Positions 46,578 through 56,073 of a stretch of 64,000 bases of DNA are shown piece after piece (position 1 is the stretch's first letter; each line of letters starts with the position of its first letter). The stretch is taken from positions 19,827-83,826 of IMG/VR virus record IMGVR_UViG_2816332256_000001, one strand, 5' to 3'. This stretch comes from a virus. Its lineage: Duplodnaviria; Caudoviricetes. Position numbers and translations under genes: made by a program. Under the pieces are notes generated by a model. It did no database searches and was not told the DNA's origin. It worked only from the letters and a program-made list of their open reading frames with translations.

Positions 46578-47060
46578 ATGGACGGCATGAAAATAGACCG
46601 CCTCGACGAGGTGTTGAAGTCGATTAGCGGGCTCGTGCAGAAGGAGGTGCTTGTCGGCGTGCCCGACAGCACCGCCGGCCGCAAGGACGAGGGCGAGTCG
46701 CTCAGCAACGCCGAGATCGGCTACATCATGGAAAACGGCTCGCCGGCGAACAACATCCCGGCGCGCCCGCACCTGGTGCCCGGCGTGCAGGACGCGCGGA
46801 CGAAATTCGAGCCGCACCTGCAGAAGGGCGTCGAAGCAGCACTCGACGGCGACCTCGATAAGGTCGACCGCAGCCTGAACCGCGCCGGCGTCATCGCACA
46901 GAATTCCGTGCGCGCGAAGATCGACAGCAATATCCAACCCAAACTCGCCGACTCGACGCTGGCCGCGCGCCGGCGCCGCGGCGTCACGCGTGAGAACACG
47001 CTCGTCGATACTGCTCAGTATCGGAACGCGACGACGTACGTCGTGCGCCGCAAGAAGTAG
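46578..47060 (+). CDS. Neck/tail completion protein
   Basis: VLVG.P, NA.IG...E.G....IP.RP, L.DT.Q.R...TY.V. Confidence 0.75.
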   Translation: MDGMKIDRLDEVLKSISGLVQKEVLVGVPDSTAGRKDEGESLSNAEIGYIMENGSPANNIPARPHLVPGVQDARTKFEPHLQKGVEAALDGDLDKVDRSLNRAGVIAQNSVRAKIDSNIQPKLADSTLAARRRRGVTRENTLVDTAQYRNATTYVVRRKK

Positions 47061-47081
47061 TTTCCCGTCTTCCCGATCCAA

Positions 47082-47105
47082 GGGCCGCCACACGCGGCCC
47101 TTTTT
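47082..47105 (+). terminator. Intrinsic terminator-like hairpin
   Basis: GGGCCGC-CACAC-GCGGCCC-TTTTT. Confidence 0.6.
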
Positions 47106-47121
47106 CGTTGGTGCGCTCGCT

Positions 47122-47493
47122 ATGGCCTTCCTCGACGTAACCGAGGTCCTGCTCGACCCGGATTTCATGGATACCGGCCTGCTTTGCAATCGCATGACGC
47201 AGACGGTCGACGGTCACGGCCGCGCACAGAACACCGCGGCATCGACCCCGTTCGCTGCCGTCGTGACGAGCGACAAGGGCGACATCCTGCACCGCAACGC
47301 AGACGGCAGCCGAATCATCGGCTCGATCACGCTGCACACGATGTTCCGGCTGATGGACGGCAGCGCAGGCTACGACGCCGACGAGGTCGAGTGGTCTGGC
47401 CGCACGTACACGGTCGTGAACGTGAACGACTACTCCCACTTCGGCCGCGGCTTCGTCTGCGCGACGTGCGACCTGAAACCTCTCTCGGGATGA
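47122..47493 (+). CDS. Head closure/joining protein
   Basis: LDVTEVLLDPDF, D.V.W.GR.Y.V..V.DYS.FG.GF. Confidence 0.75.
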   Translation: MAFLDVTEVLLDPDFMDTGLLCNRMTQTVDGHGRAQNTAASTPFAAVVTSDKGDILHRNADGSRIIGSITLHTMFRLMDGSAGYDADEVEWSGRTYTVVNVNDYSHFGRGFVCATCDLKPLSG

Positions 47494-47497
47494 TCCC

Positions 47498-48088
47498 ATG
47501 ACCGACAGCTCGACCGGCGGATACCTGGCGCCAGCCGTCGATGTGCCGCCGGCCGAGGACGACGCCCTCGACGATCTAGTCCACGACCTGATCGCGGGCG
47601 TCACGGCGCTGCCGCCCGACCTCGTGCGGCCGCGTTGGCAGGTGAAGGTGCCGAAGCAACCGGAGCCGTCCGTCGACTGGTGCGCGTTCGGCGTCCAGGA
47701 GCAAGTGCCGGACGCCGGCCCCGCCATCCAGCACGACGGCACCGGCGACGGCCACGACACGTACATCCGGCACCAGGACATCGACGTGCCCTGCACGTTC
47801 TACGGGCCGCGCGCGAAGGGTTATGCGCAGTGGCTCGCCGACGGCCTCGCGATGCCGCAGAACCGCGAGCAGCTCCAACTGCAGGACATGGCATTCGTCG
47901 GCGTCGGCCCGATTCGGGCGGTGCCCGACTTGGTCAACCAGCAGTGGGTGCGGCGCTACGACATGACCGTGACGCTGCGCCGCAAGATCACCCGGACCTA
48001 CGCGGTCCTAAACCTCAAATCGGCCACCGTGGCGACGACGACCGACTCGTCGACGCCAGTGGCTGGCGTTTCGAACATCCACTCGTAG
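47498..48088 (+). CDS. Neck/tail terminator protein
   Basis: LVRPRWQ...P, TFYGP, W.RRYD; precedes the sheath. Confidence 0.7.
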   Translation: MTDSSTGGYLAPAVDVPPAEDDALDDLVHDLIAGVTALPPDLVRPRWQVKVPKQPEPSVDWCAFGVQEQVPDAGPAIQHDGTGDGHDTYIRHQDIDVPCTFYGPRAKGYAQWLADGLAMPQNREQLQLQDMAFVGVGPIRAVPDLVNQQWVRRYDMTVTLRRKITRTYAVLNLKSATVATTTDSSTPVAGVSNIHS

Positions 48089-48097
48089 GGGACCAGC

Positions 48098-49573
48098 ATG
48101 TCCAACGGATTGCCGGTATCGCGTCTGATCAACGTGTCGATCAATCTCGCCGCGCTGGCGGCGCAGGGCGCGAATTTGAACACCGGGCTGATTCTCGGCC
48201 CGTCGGCCATCATCGACACCAATGAGCGCGCGCGCTCGTACGGCGGCATTGCCGATGTGACGGCCGATTTCGGCACCAACACGCCCGAGTACTACGCTGC
48301 TGCGCTGTACTTCAACCAACTGCCGCAGCCGCAACAGCTGATGATCGGCCGCTGGGCGAAGACGGCGACGTCCGGCTCGCTGCGCGGTGGCGTGCTGTCG
48401 GCTGCGCAGCAGGACATCGCCGTGTGGAAGGCTGTCACGACGGGCGCGTTCAGCATCACAATCGACGGCGTGGCGAAGTCGGTCACTGCACTCGATTTCT
48501 CCGCGCAGACGAACCTCAACGGCGTTGCCACCGTCATCAACGCGAAGCTCACCGGTGCGACGATCGCCTGGACCGGCTCGCAGTTCGTCGTGACGTCGAA
48601 CACGACCGGCACGAGCTCGAAGGTCGGTTATGCGACCGCGCCGGGCAGCGGCACCGACATCTCGACGATGCTCGGCCTGACCAGCAGCCTCGCCGGCGTG
48701 CCGGCGGACGGAATCGCGCCCGAGCAGCCGGTTGACGCGGCCGCGCTGTTCTTCGATCGCTTCTCGAACAAGTTCCTCGGTTTCGATTTCGCGGATGCTT
48801 CCATCACGGACGATCAGCACGTCGCGGTCGCGAACCTCACCGAGGCCGACCAGCGGCACATCTACGGCATCACGACGCAGAATCCGCAGGTGCTCGACTC
48901 GACCGTGACGACCGACATCGCGAGCAAGCTGAAGGCGCTCAACCTGAAGTACACGATCCTGCAGTACTCGAGCTCGACGCCATACGCGGTGTCGTCGCTG
49001 CTCGGCCGCTTGCTGACGGTGAACTTCGACGGCAACAACACGACGATCACCCTGATGTTCAAGCAGGAGCCGAGCGTGGCCGCAGAGCAGCTGACCAGCA
49101 CGCAGGCGAACACGCTTCAGGCGAAGAACTGCAACGTGTTCGTCGACTACAGCAACGACACGTCGATCATCCAATACGGTGTGACGCCGAGCGGCATCTA
49201 CATCGACTCGGTCTACAACGCGATCTGGTTCCGCACCCGTATCGAGACGGACGTCTACAACCTGTTGTACCAGAGCCCCACGAAGATCCCGCAGACCGAC
49301 GGGGGCAACGCGCAGATTGCGGCGACGATCGCGGCGGCCTGCGAGGCTGGCGTGAACAACGGGTATCTCGCGCCTGGCGTCTGGAACTCGGCAGGCTTCG
49401 GCGCGCTGAACCAGGGCGACACGCTCGCGAAGGGCTACTACGTGTACCAGCCGGCGATCGCGACGCAATCGCAGGCCGACCGCGAGGCGCGCAAGTCTGT
49501 CGTGTTCCAGGTCGCGGGCAAGGAAGCCGGCGCGATCCATGGCGCTGACATCCTCGTCAACATCAACCGCTAA
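48098..49573 (+). CDS. Tail sheath (DUF3383)
   Basis: DFG..TPEY.AA..YF.Q.PQP..L.IGRW; IPQTD.G; G.LAPG.W. Confidence 0.9.
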   Translation: MSNGLPVSRLINVSINLAALAAQGANLNTGLILGPSAIIDTNERARSYGGIADVTADFGTNTPEYYAAALYFNQLPQPQQLMIGRWAKTATSGSLRGGVLSAAQQDIAVWKAVTTGAFSITIDGVAKSVTALDFSAQTNLNGVATVINAKLTGATIAWTGSQFVVTSNTTGTSSKVGYATAPGSGTDISTMLGLTSSLAGVPADGIAPEQPVDAAALFFDRFSNKFLGFDFADASITDDQHVAVANLTEADQRHIYGITTQNPQVLDSTVTTDIASKLKALNLKYTILQYSSSTPYAVSSLLGRLLTVNFDGNNTTITLMFKQEPSVAAEQLTSTQANTLQAKNCNVFVDYSNDTSIIQYGVTPSGIYIDSVYNAIWFRTRIETDVYNLLYQSPTKIPQTDGGNAQIAATIAAACEAGVNNGYLAPGVWNSAGFGALNQGDTLAKGYYVYQPAIATQSQADREARKSVVFQVAGKEAGAIHGADILVNINR

Positions 49574-49588
49574 CAGGGGCATCCCAAC

Positions 49589-50029
49589 ATGACGACTTAC
49601 AGCTTTCAGGACGTCGCGGCGACGCTCGTCGGGCCGGGCGGTGCGTTTTCGCTCGGCTACGGTGAGGCCACTGCGGAAGAAGGCATCACGATCGTGCGGG
49701 CGGGCGACAAGAACACGATGACGATCGGCTCGGACGGCGAGGGCATGCACAGCCTGCACGCCGACAAGTCCGGGCAGGTCACGCTGCGTTACCTCAAGAC
49801 CGCGCCGATCAACGCGAAGTTGATGGCGCTGTACGACGCGCAGTCGCTCGACAGCCGGCTGTGGGGCAAGAACCTCATCGAGGTTCGACAGACGGCGGCC
49901 GGCGACGTGACGACCGCGCGCAGCTGCGCGTTCAAGAAGGCGCCGGACCTGAAGTATGCGAAGGACGGAGACGTCGTCGAATGGGTCTTCGACGCGATCA
50001 AGATCGACAACATCCTCGGGACGTACTGA
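49589..50029 (+). CDS. Tail tube (DUF3277)
   Basis: YSF.DV.AT..G, IG.DGEGMHSL.A.KSG. Confidence 0.88.
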   Translation: MTTYSFQDVAATLVGPGGAFSLGYGEATAEEGITIVRAGDKNTMTIGSDGEGMHSLHADKSGQVTLRYLKTAPINAKLMALYDAQSLDSRLWGKNLIEVRQTAAGDVTTARSCAFKKAPDLKYAKDGDVVEWVFDAIKIDNILGTY

Positions 50030-50031
50030 GC

Positions 50032-50598
50032 ATGACGACCGAAGTGCAACTCAACGGTGGCCGGTACGTGATCGGCAAGCTGAACGCGATGCAGCAGTTC
50101 CACGTGTCGCGTCGCATCGCGCCGATCATCCCTCCGATGATCCCGGTGCTGATGAAGTTCTACGCCGAGATCGAGCAGGCCGATGTTGCGCGCGAGCAAG
50201 CGCGCGCGAACGCCGCGCTCGCAGCTATGGCGGGAGGGGTCGAGCTCGCCGCGCTCGCCTCAAGTGAGGCCGCCGTCGACGCCGCTGGCGACCGTTCGCG
50301 CGAGCTTCTGTCGATGGTCGACGCGATCGCGCCCGTACTGCAACCGTTCGCGGACGCGCTGGCCGGCCTGAAGGACGAAGACGCCGAATACGTCTTCGGC
50401 ACGTGCCTGTCCGTTGTCGAGCGCTGGCAGGGCACCAGCTGGGCGAAGGTGTGGAACATCGCGCACAAGACGTCGATGTTCGACGACATCGGCATCGACG
50501 TGATGCTGCCGCTCGTCGTGCGCGTCGTGGTGGCGAACCTCGGCCCTTTTATCAACGGGCTGCTTACCAGCCAAGCGAGCAGCCCGGCGACGACCTAG
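50032..50598 (+). CDS. Tail assembly chaperone G
   Basis: KL.AM.QFHV.RR.AP; between tube and TMP. Confidence 0.8.
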   Translation: MTTEVQLNGGRYVIGKLNAMQQFHVSRRIAPIIPPMIPVLMKFYAEIEQADVAREQARANAALAAMAGGVELAALASSEAAVDAAGDRSRELLSMVDAIAPVLQPFADALAGLKDEDAEYVFGTCLSVVERWQGTSWAKVWNIAHKTSMFDDIGIDVMLPLVVRVVVANLGPFINGLLTSQASSPATT

Positions 50599-50789
50599 GC
50601 TGGATTCGCACGCTGCCCGGCGGCGAGGATTGGCTGCTCGCGCCCGTACATGCGCAGATGTGCCGGTACGAGTCACTGCTCGACGGAACGCTCGGCCTTG
50701 CCGACGTCGCGCTGATGAACGATTCCCTCGCCGTCCTGGCGGACAACGACGCGGCGTACCGCCGCAAGATGGAAAGAGAAAATGGCTGA
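50544..50789 (+). other. -1 frameshift site C CCT TTT and GT extension (DUF6889-like)
   Basis: X XXY YYZ heptamer at 50544-50550 in the G frame; the -1 frame stays open (PFYQRAAY...EDWLLAPV...YESL.DG.L.LAD.ALMND) to 50789. Confidence 0.75.
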
Positions 50790-52731
50790 TTCGGTCGTCA
50801 TCCGCGAGTTCTTGGTCGCGCTCGGCTTCAAGGTCGACGAGAAGGGCCTGAAGAACTTCAAGGAAGGCGTCGAAGGCACGACGAAGGGCGTCAAGCAGCT
50901 GATCGCGACGGTGTCTGGCGCCGCGCTCACCGTGAGCGCCGGCGTCGCGGCGTTCGCGTCGAAGCTCGAGCGCCTCTACTTCGTGTCGCAGCGCACGGGC
51001 GCGTCGGCGGCCAATCTGCGCGGGTTTGAGTTCGCCGCGCGCAACATGGGCGTTTCGGCCGAGGCGGCGACAGGCACGATCGAGAACCTCGCGCGCTTCC
51101 TGCGCAACAACCCGGCCGGTGAGGGTTACCTCGCGACGCTGGGTGTGCAGACGCGCAACGCAAACGGCGAGCTGCGCGATACGGTCGACATCATGTCGGA
51201 CCTGGGCAAGTCGCTGGCGAACAAGCCGACGTGGCTTGCGAGCCAGTACGGCAATATCCTGGGCATCGACGAGAACCTGCTGCTCGCGATGCGTAACGGG
51301 GACTTTGAGAAGTTCCTGAAGCAGTACCGCGAGATGTCGAAAACGACGGGCCTCGACAAGGCTGCGGACGACTCGCACCGCTTCATGACGCAACTGCGCG
51401 GGCTCGGCGCGACGTTCGAGAACCTCGGCATCCGCGTCGAGGGTGCGATGCTGCAGAAGGTCGGGCCAAGTCTCGATCGCTTTCAGCGCTGGATGGACGA
51501 GCACGGCGATGAGATTGCGAACAGAATCGCCAACATCGCGAGTGCCATCCTGAAAGTCGCCGAGGTCGCAGGGCCGGCGCTCGCAAAGATAGCAGACGCG
51601 TTCATTGCGCTCGATCACGCGACGGGCGGCTGGTCGACGAGGATCCTGCTGCTCGGCGTGGCGCTGAAGGCGCTCGGCGTTTTCAGGATCGCTGGCGGCA
51701 TCCTGAAAATGGCAGGCGCGCTGCGCGCTGCGGGCGCCGCCACTACTGCAGCCACCGCTGCTGGCGGCGGCCTGCTCGCGGTACTCGGGAGTCTCGCTAC
51801 AGCAGTTTCTGCAGTTGGCGCCGCATTCGCCGGCTGGAAGATCGGTGATGCGCTGCGCGACAAGGTGGATAGGCTGATTTCCCAGCTTTCTGGCGGGAAG
51901 TACCGGTCCCTATGGGATGCCCTGACGGGAACAGATCGTCGCGGCCTGGGTGCTACTGGCGGCTACACGCAGGCCGAGATCGATAGCGTGAAGGACGACG
52001 GGGGCGCGAAGCTGACGCCGCCGCGAGGCGCCGCTCCGGCTGCATCACCATCGTCTGGAACGCCGGCGGCGTCAGGCGGCAGCAACCTTTCCGCGCCGGG
52101 TTTTATTGATCGCGTGCGCGCGGCCATTGCCGCAGCCAAGGAATCGGAGCGCAAGTATGGCGTACCGTGGCTGGTGACGTTCGCGCAGTGGGCTCTGGAG
52201 AGTGGGTTCGGTAGCAGCGGCCTGTCGAAGCGGAGCAACAACCCGTTCAGCATTCAGGCGACCAAGGGCCAGGACTTCGTGTTGGGCTTGGATCATCGCG
52301 CGGATGGCACGCCTTATCAGGCGAAGTTTCGGCGATTCAAGACGCTCGAGGATGCGTTTGACGCGCATGCGCAGTTGCTGGCTAAAGGCCGCCCGTACGC
52401 GAACGCTCGTCGACACATGGGCGATGCATTTTCATTCGCCGATGCGTTGACAGGTGTCTACGCGGAAGACCCTCAGTATGGGGCCAAGCTCAAGTCGATC
52501 ATGATGCGAGCCCTGGGCAACAGCGAGTGGCTGGCGCAAGGGCCGCGCGCTCCGGCTGGCGCCATGAATTCGTCTGCAACAGGCGGTCCGACGAAGGTCG
52601 AGATGCATCAGTCCACGCAGATCCACGTGAACGGCTCGGGCGATCCCGCGGCGGCCGGCCGCGCGGTCGAGCGCGAGCAGCGCGCGGTGAACGCCGACAT
52701 GGTGCGCAATCTACAGGGGGTGATCTCGTGA
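50782..52731 (+). CDS. Tape measure protein with C-terminal glucosaminidase (GH73/FlgJ-like) domain
   Basis: I.EFLV.LGF.VD start; AQ.ALESG.G...NN.F.I.A...FR.F....DA...YA.DP.Y..KL. Confidence 0.88.
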   Translation: MADSVVIREFLVALGFKVDEKGLKNFKEGVEGTTKGVKQLIATVSGAALTVSAGVAAFASKLERLYFVSQRTGASAANLRGFEFAARNMGVSAEAATGTIENLARFLRNNPAGEGYLATLGVQTRNANGELRDTVDIMSDLGKSLANKPTWLASQYGNILGIDENLLLAMRNGDFEKFLKQYREMSKTTGLDKAADDSHRFMTQLRGLGATFENLGIRVEGAMLQKVGPSLDRFQRWMDEHGDEIANRIANIASAILKVAEVAGPALAKIADAFIALDHATGGWSTRILLLGVALKALGVFRIAGGILKMAGALRAAGAATTAATAAGGGLLAVLGSLATAVSAVGAAFAGWKIGDALRDKVDRLISQLSGGKYRSLWDALTGTDRRGLGATGGYTQAEIDSVKDDGGAKLTPPRGAAPAASPSSGTPAASGGSNLSAPGFIDRVRAAIAAAKESERKYGVPWLVTFAQWALESGFGSSGLSKRSNNPFSIQATKGQDFVLGLDHRADGTPYQAKFRRFKTLEDAFDAHAQLLAKGRPYANARRHMGDAFSFADALTGVYAEDPQYGAKLKSIMMRALGNSEWLAQGPRAPAGAMNSSATGGPTKVEMHQSTQIHVNGSGDPAAAGRAVEREQRAVNADMVRNLQGVIS

Positions 52732-53303
52732 TCCTCGACATGATCATGATCTCGCCGAAGAAGATCGGCAGCATCACGGTGCAGGTCGCGATCGAGGAGA
52801 TCTACAACGACGAGCTGGTGATCACCGAACATCCGGTCGAGCAAGGGCCGCAGATCAGCGATCATGCGTTCAAGCGTCAGCCGGATCTTTCGATGCAGTG
52901 CGGCTGGAGCAACGCCGATTACGAGGCGCTGCTCGGCGCGGCAGAGGCGACGTTCGACGGCGGCGGTCTTCCGTCGGCTCAGTATGTCAATGCGATTTAC
53001 TCGCAGCTGCTCGCGCTGCAGCAAGCACGCACGCCGTTCGACGTCACGACGAGCCGCCGCACCTACCAGAACATGCTTCTGCAGGGGCTGCGGCTTACGG
53101 TTGACGCGAAGACGTCGAGTGCGTTGATCCTGACGGCGACGCTCAAGCAGATCAAGATCGTGTCGACGCAGGTCACGACGCTGCCGCCGCGCGAGAACCA
53201 AGCCGACCCAGCGTCGACGGCAGAGACGGGGAACGGCGGTACGAAAGCCGCCATGCCGGCGACGCCGGCGCCGGGCGGCGCGGTGCCGCCGGGGAGTATG
53301 TGA
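52728..53303 (+). CDS. Baseplate/tube-initiator protein
   Basis: ITEHPVEQG..ISDHA...P, F.V.T..R.Y.NML. Confidence 0.8.
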   Translation: MILDMIMISPKKIGSITVQVAIEEIYNDELVITEHPVEQGPQISDHAFKRQPDLSMQCGWSNADYEALLGAAEATFDGGGLPSAQYVNAIYSQLLALQQARTPFDVTTSRRTYQNMLLQGLRLTVDAKTSSALILTATLKQIKIVSTQVTTLPPRENQADPASTAETGNGGTKAAMPATPAPGGAVPPGSM

Positions 53304-53620
53304 TGCCGAGTTTCTTCGAGATTCCGTTTTCGCCGCGTCCGGAGCGCTTCACGGTGACGCTGAGCGGGACCGACTATCGCCTCACGGTCCAGTACCGCAA
53401 GACTGGCGGTGCGGGGTGGGTGCTCGATATCGCAGACGCCTCGGACAACCCGCTGGTGTCAGGCATCCCGCTGGTGACCGGCGTCGACCTGCTCGCGCAG
53501 TACAAGCACCTGGGGTTCCAAGGGCGCCTGTGGGTGCAGGGCGCCGCTGATCCTGATGACGTTCCGACGTACGAGGATCTCGGCATCGGATCGCATGTTT
53601 TCTGGGTGACGGACCAATGA
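53303..53620 (+). CDS. Baseplate protein (DUF6983-like)
   Basis: W.LDI.D.....L..GIPLV.G.DLL.QY. Confidence 0.75.
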   Translation: MPSFFEIPFSPRPERFTVTLSGTDYRLTVQYRKTGGAGWVLDIADASDNPLVSGIPLVTGVDLLAQYKHLGFQGRLWVQGAADPDDVPTYEDLGIGSHVFWVTDQ

Positions 53621-54585
53621 GCATTGAGCAGTTCGGCCGGAAGGTATCGCTGATCATCGGCTTCGACAGCGGAGAGGCTCTCGACCTGTCCGAGTTGCGG
53701 ATCGTGTTCCGTGTGCAGCGGGGCGACCTGCAGACGCCGAACTCGGCGCGCATCCGCGTCTACAACGTGTCCGAGACGACAGCGCGGCGCGCGCAGAAGG
53801 AGTTCACGCGAGTCGTGCTGCAGGCTGGGTACGAGGGCAACTACGGGATCATCTTCGACGGCTCGATCAAGCAGGTGCGTCGCGGGCGCGAGAGCCAGAC
53901 CGACACGTACCTCGACATCACCGCGGCGGACGGCGACTCGGCCTACAACTTCGCCGTGGTCAACACGACGCTTGCGGCAGGGTCAACGCCCGCGGATCAC
54001 GTGGCGGCAGTCTGCGCCGCGATGAATCCATACGACGTGCGGCAGGGTTATCTGCCCGACTTGCCGTCGAACCCGCTGCCTCGAGGCAAGGTGATGTTCG
54101 GCATGGCGCGGGACTTCATGCGCTGGACCGCCCGCACCACGCAGACGGTCTGGAGCATCCAGGACGGAAAGGTCGTTATGGTGCCGGAGACCGCATACAT
54201 CCCCGGCGACGTCCCCAAGATCACGTACGAGACGGGCATGGTCGGGCTGCCACAGCAGACAGCGAACGGCATCGAGGTGAAGATGCTGCTTAACCCGAGT
54301 GTGAAGATCGGCCGGCTGATCTGGTTCGACAACGCGAGCATCCAGCAGTACGAGTACAGCCTGAACGTCGGCCAGCAGGCCGAGAACGAGCGGATCGAGA
54401 TGCAGGCGAAGTTGCAGGACGATGGCTTCTACTACGTGATGCTTGCGGAAATCAGCGGCGATACGCGCGGCCAAGAGTGGTACACGAGCGTGACGTGCCT
54501 TGCGGCCGATGTGACGGTGCTGCCCGATTCGTTCAGGGACAAGGCGGCGGTGCCAACCGCTGACGTGATCAAGCGGTTCGGTTAG
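53617..54585 (+). CDS. Baseplate hub
   Basis: PN.A.I.VYN.S, L.AGY.G..G.IF.G, TGM.G.P. Confidence 0.82.
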   Translation: MSIEQFGRKVSLIIGFDSGEALDLSELRIVFRVQRGDLQTPNSARIRVYNVSETTARRAQKEFTRVVLQAGYEGNYGIIFDGSIKQVRRGRESQTDTYLDITAADGDSAYNFAVVNTTLAAGSTPADHVAAVCAAMNPYDVRQGYLPDLPSNPLPRGKVMFGMARDFMRWTARTTQTVWSIQDGKVVMVPETAYIPGDVPKITYETGMVGLPQQTANGIEVKMLLNPSVKIGRLIWFDNASIQQYEYSLNVGQQAENERIEMQAKLQDDGFYYVMLAEISGDTRGQEWYTSVTCLAADVTVLPDSFRDKAAVPTADVIKRFG

Positions 54586-54959
54586 CGGCCGTACGTCGGA
54601 AGTGCCTTGATGGTCATCGTCGTGTTCTCGCCGTTGCGCTTCACGTCGGCGCGCGCGAGCACGTTGAGCGGCATCGACTTCGTCGGCATCTGCGGCACGA
54701 TGATCACGGCGTCGCCGTCGATCGTTTCGCCCCAGCAGCCGATGTCCCACACGCCGCGGTAGGACTCGTAGCGCCGCATGTTCCTCGCGTTCGCGAGCGG
54801 CAGGTCGCACTTTTTCCGCGTGTACAGGATGGTCGGGAATTCGTTCTCGACAGTCACGCCGACCTTCATGCCGGCGAACGGGTAGACGTAGGCGTCGTCA
54901 GCGACGGCGGCGAGCGGCGCGAGCAGCGCGGCGATCAACAGCAGTTTTTTCATTTTCAT
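54582..54959 (-). CDS. Secreted hypothetical moron, antisense within the baseplate operon
   Basis: Signal peptide MKMKKLLLIAALLAPLAAVA-DD; two Cys; exactly fills the hub-spike gap. Confidence 0.7.
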   Translation of the reverse strand: MKMKKLLLIAALLAPLAAVADDAYVYPFAGMKVGVTVENEFPTILYTRKKCDLPLANARNMRRYESYRGVWDIGCWGETIDGDAVIIVPQMPTKSMPLNVLARADVKRNGENTTMTIKALPTYGR

Positions 54960-54962
54960 CCC

Positions 54963-55712
54963 ATGGATCGACGTGAAAGGGTGGGCGACCCGGAGGTCGC
55001 ACTGCGTGAAGCGTTCGACGGCATGCGCGCGGGCGTCTGGACAGCACTGCCCGGCATCATCCAGTCGTTCGAAAGCGCCGCCGACCGGCCGCCGACGTGC
55101 AGCGTACAGCCGGCGATCAAGGCGCTCGTGCGCGGCATCGACGGCACGATCCAGAGCGTCGCGCTGCCGTTGCTGGTTGACTGCCCGGTCCAGTTCCCTG
55201 CTGGCGGGGATTGTACGTTGACGTTCCCGGTGGCGCCCGGCGACGAATGCCTCGTCGTGTTCGCATCGCGCTGCATCGACGCCTGGTGGCAGTCGGGCGG
55301 CGTGCAGGAACAGGCTGAACTGCGCATGCACGACTTGTCGGACGGGTTCGTGCTGTTGGGCTTTCGATCGCGGCCGCGCGCGCTCGCCGGCGTGAGTGGC
55401 ACCTCGACGCAGCTGCGCAGCGACGACGGCGCGACGTACATCGACCTGAACCCGACGCTGCAAAAGGTGAAGATCGTTGCGCCGGGCGGCTTCGATGTCG
55501 TAGCGCCGCTGTCGACGTTCTCGGCGGCCGTGACGATCACCGGGCTGCTGACGTTCGTCGGCGGCATGGTCGGCAGCGCGATGAGCGGCGCTGCGGCAGT
55601 CTTCAACGGCGTGCTGAACGTGATCGGCCAGATCACGGCGAACGGCAAGCGCGTCGACGATACGCACACGCACTCCGATCCGCAGGGCGGCAACACCGGC
55701 CCGGTCAACTGA
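54963..55712 (+). CDS. Baseplate spike (Gp138 N-terminal family)
   Basis: TALPGII.SF, L.D.PV.FP.GG...LTFP...GDEC.VVF..RC.D.WW, HD.SD; HTH tip. Confidence 0.88.
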   Translation: MDRRERVGDPEVALREAFDGMRAGVWTALPGIIQSFESAADRPPTCSVQPAIKALVRGIDGTIQSVALPLLVDCPVQFPAGGDCTLTFPVAPGDECLVVFASRCIDAWWQSGGVQEQAELRMHDLSDGFVLLGFRSRPRALAGVSGTSTQLRSDDGATYIDLNPTLQKVKIVAPGGFDVVAPLSTFSAAVTITGLLTFVGGMVGSAMSGAAAVFNGVLNVIGQITANGKRVDDTHTHSDPQGGNTGPVN

Positions 55713-55719
55713 GATTCCC

Positions 55720-56073
55720 ATGCGATACCGACAACTCGACGCTGACGGCGATTATGTCTTCGGCGGGGGCGCGGCCGACTTCCTTGTGAACACGCCGGAG
55801 ACGGTCGCGCAGGCCGTGCTGACGCGCCTGCGCCTGCTGCGCGGCGAATGGTTCCTCGACACGACGGCCGGCATGCCGTGGGCGACTGACGTGCTCGGCA
55901 AGTACACGAGCGGCAAGTATGACGCTGCGATCCGCACGTGCATTCTCGGCACGCAGGGCGTGACCGAGCTGACGAGCTACTCGAGCACGGCCGATCCCGA
56001 GACGCGCGTGCTGTCCGTCACCGCGACGATCAACACCATCTACGGCCCCACCACGGTACAGGCGACATTGTGA
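55720..56073 (+). CDS. Baseplate wedge (gp25-like)
   Basis: RYR.LD.DGDY.FG, GEWFLD...G.PW. Confidence 0.82.
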   Translation: MRYRQLDADGDYVFGGGAADFLVNTPETVAQAVLTRLRLLRGEWFLDTTAGMPWATDVLGKYTSGKYDAAIRTCILGTQGVTELTSYSSTADPETRVLSVTATINTIYGPTTVQATL

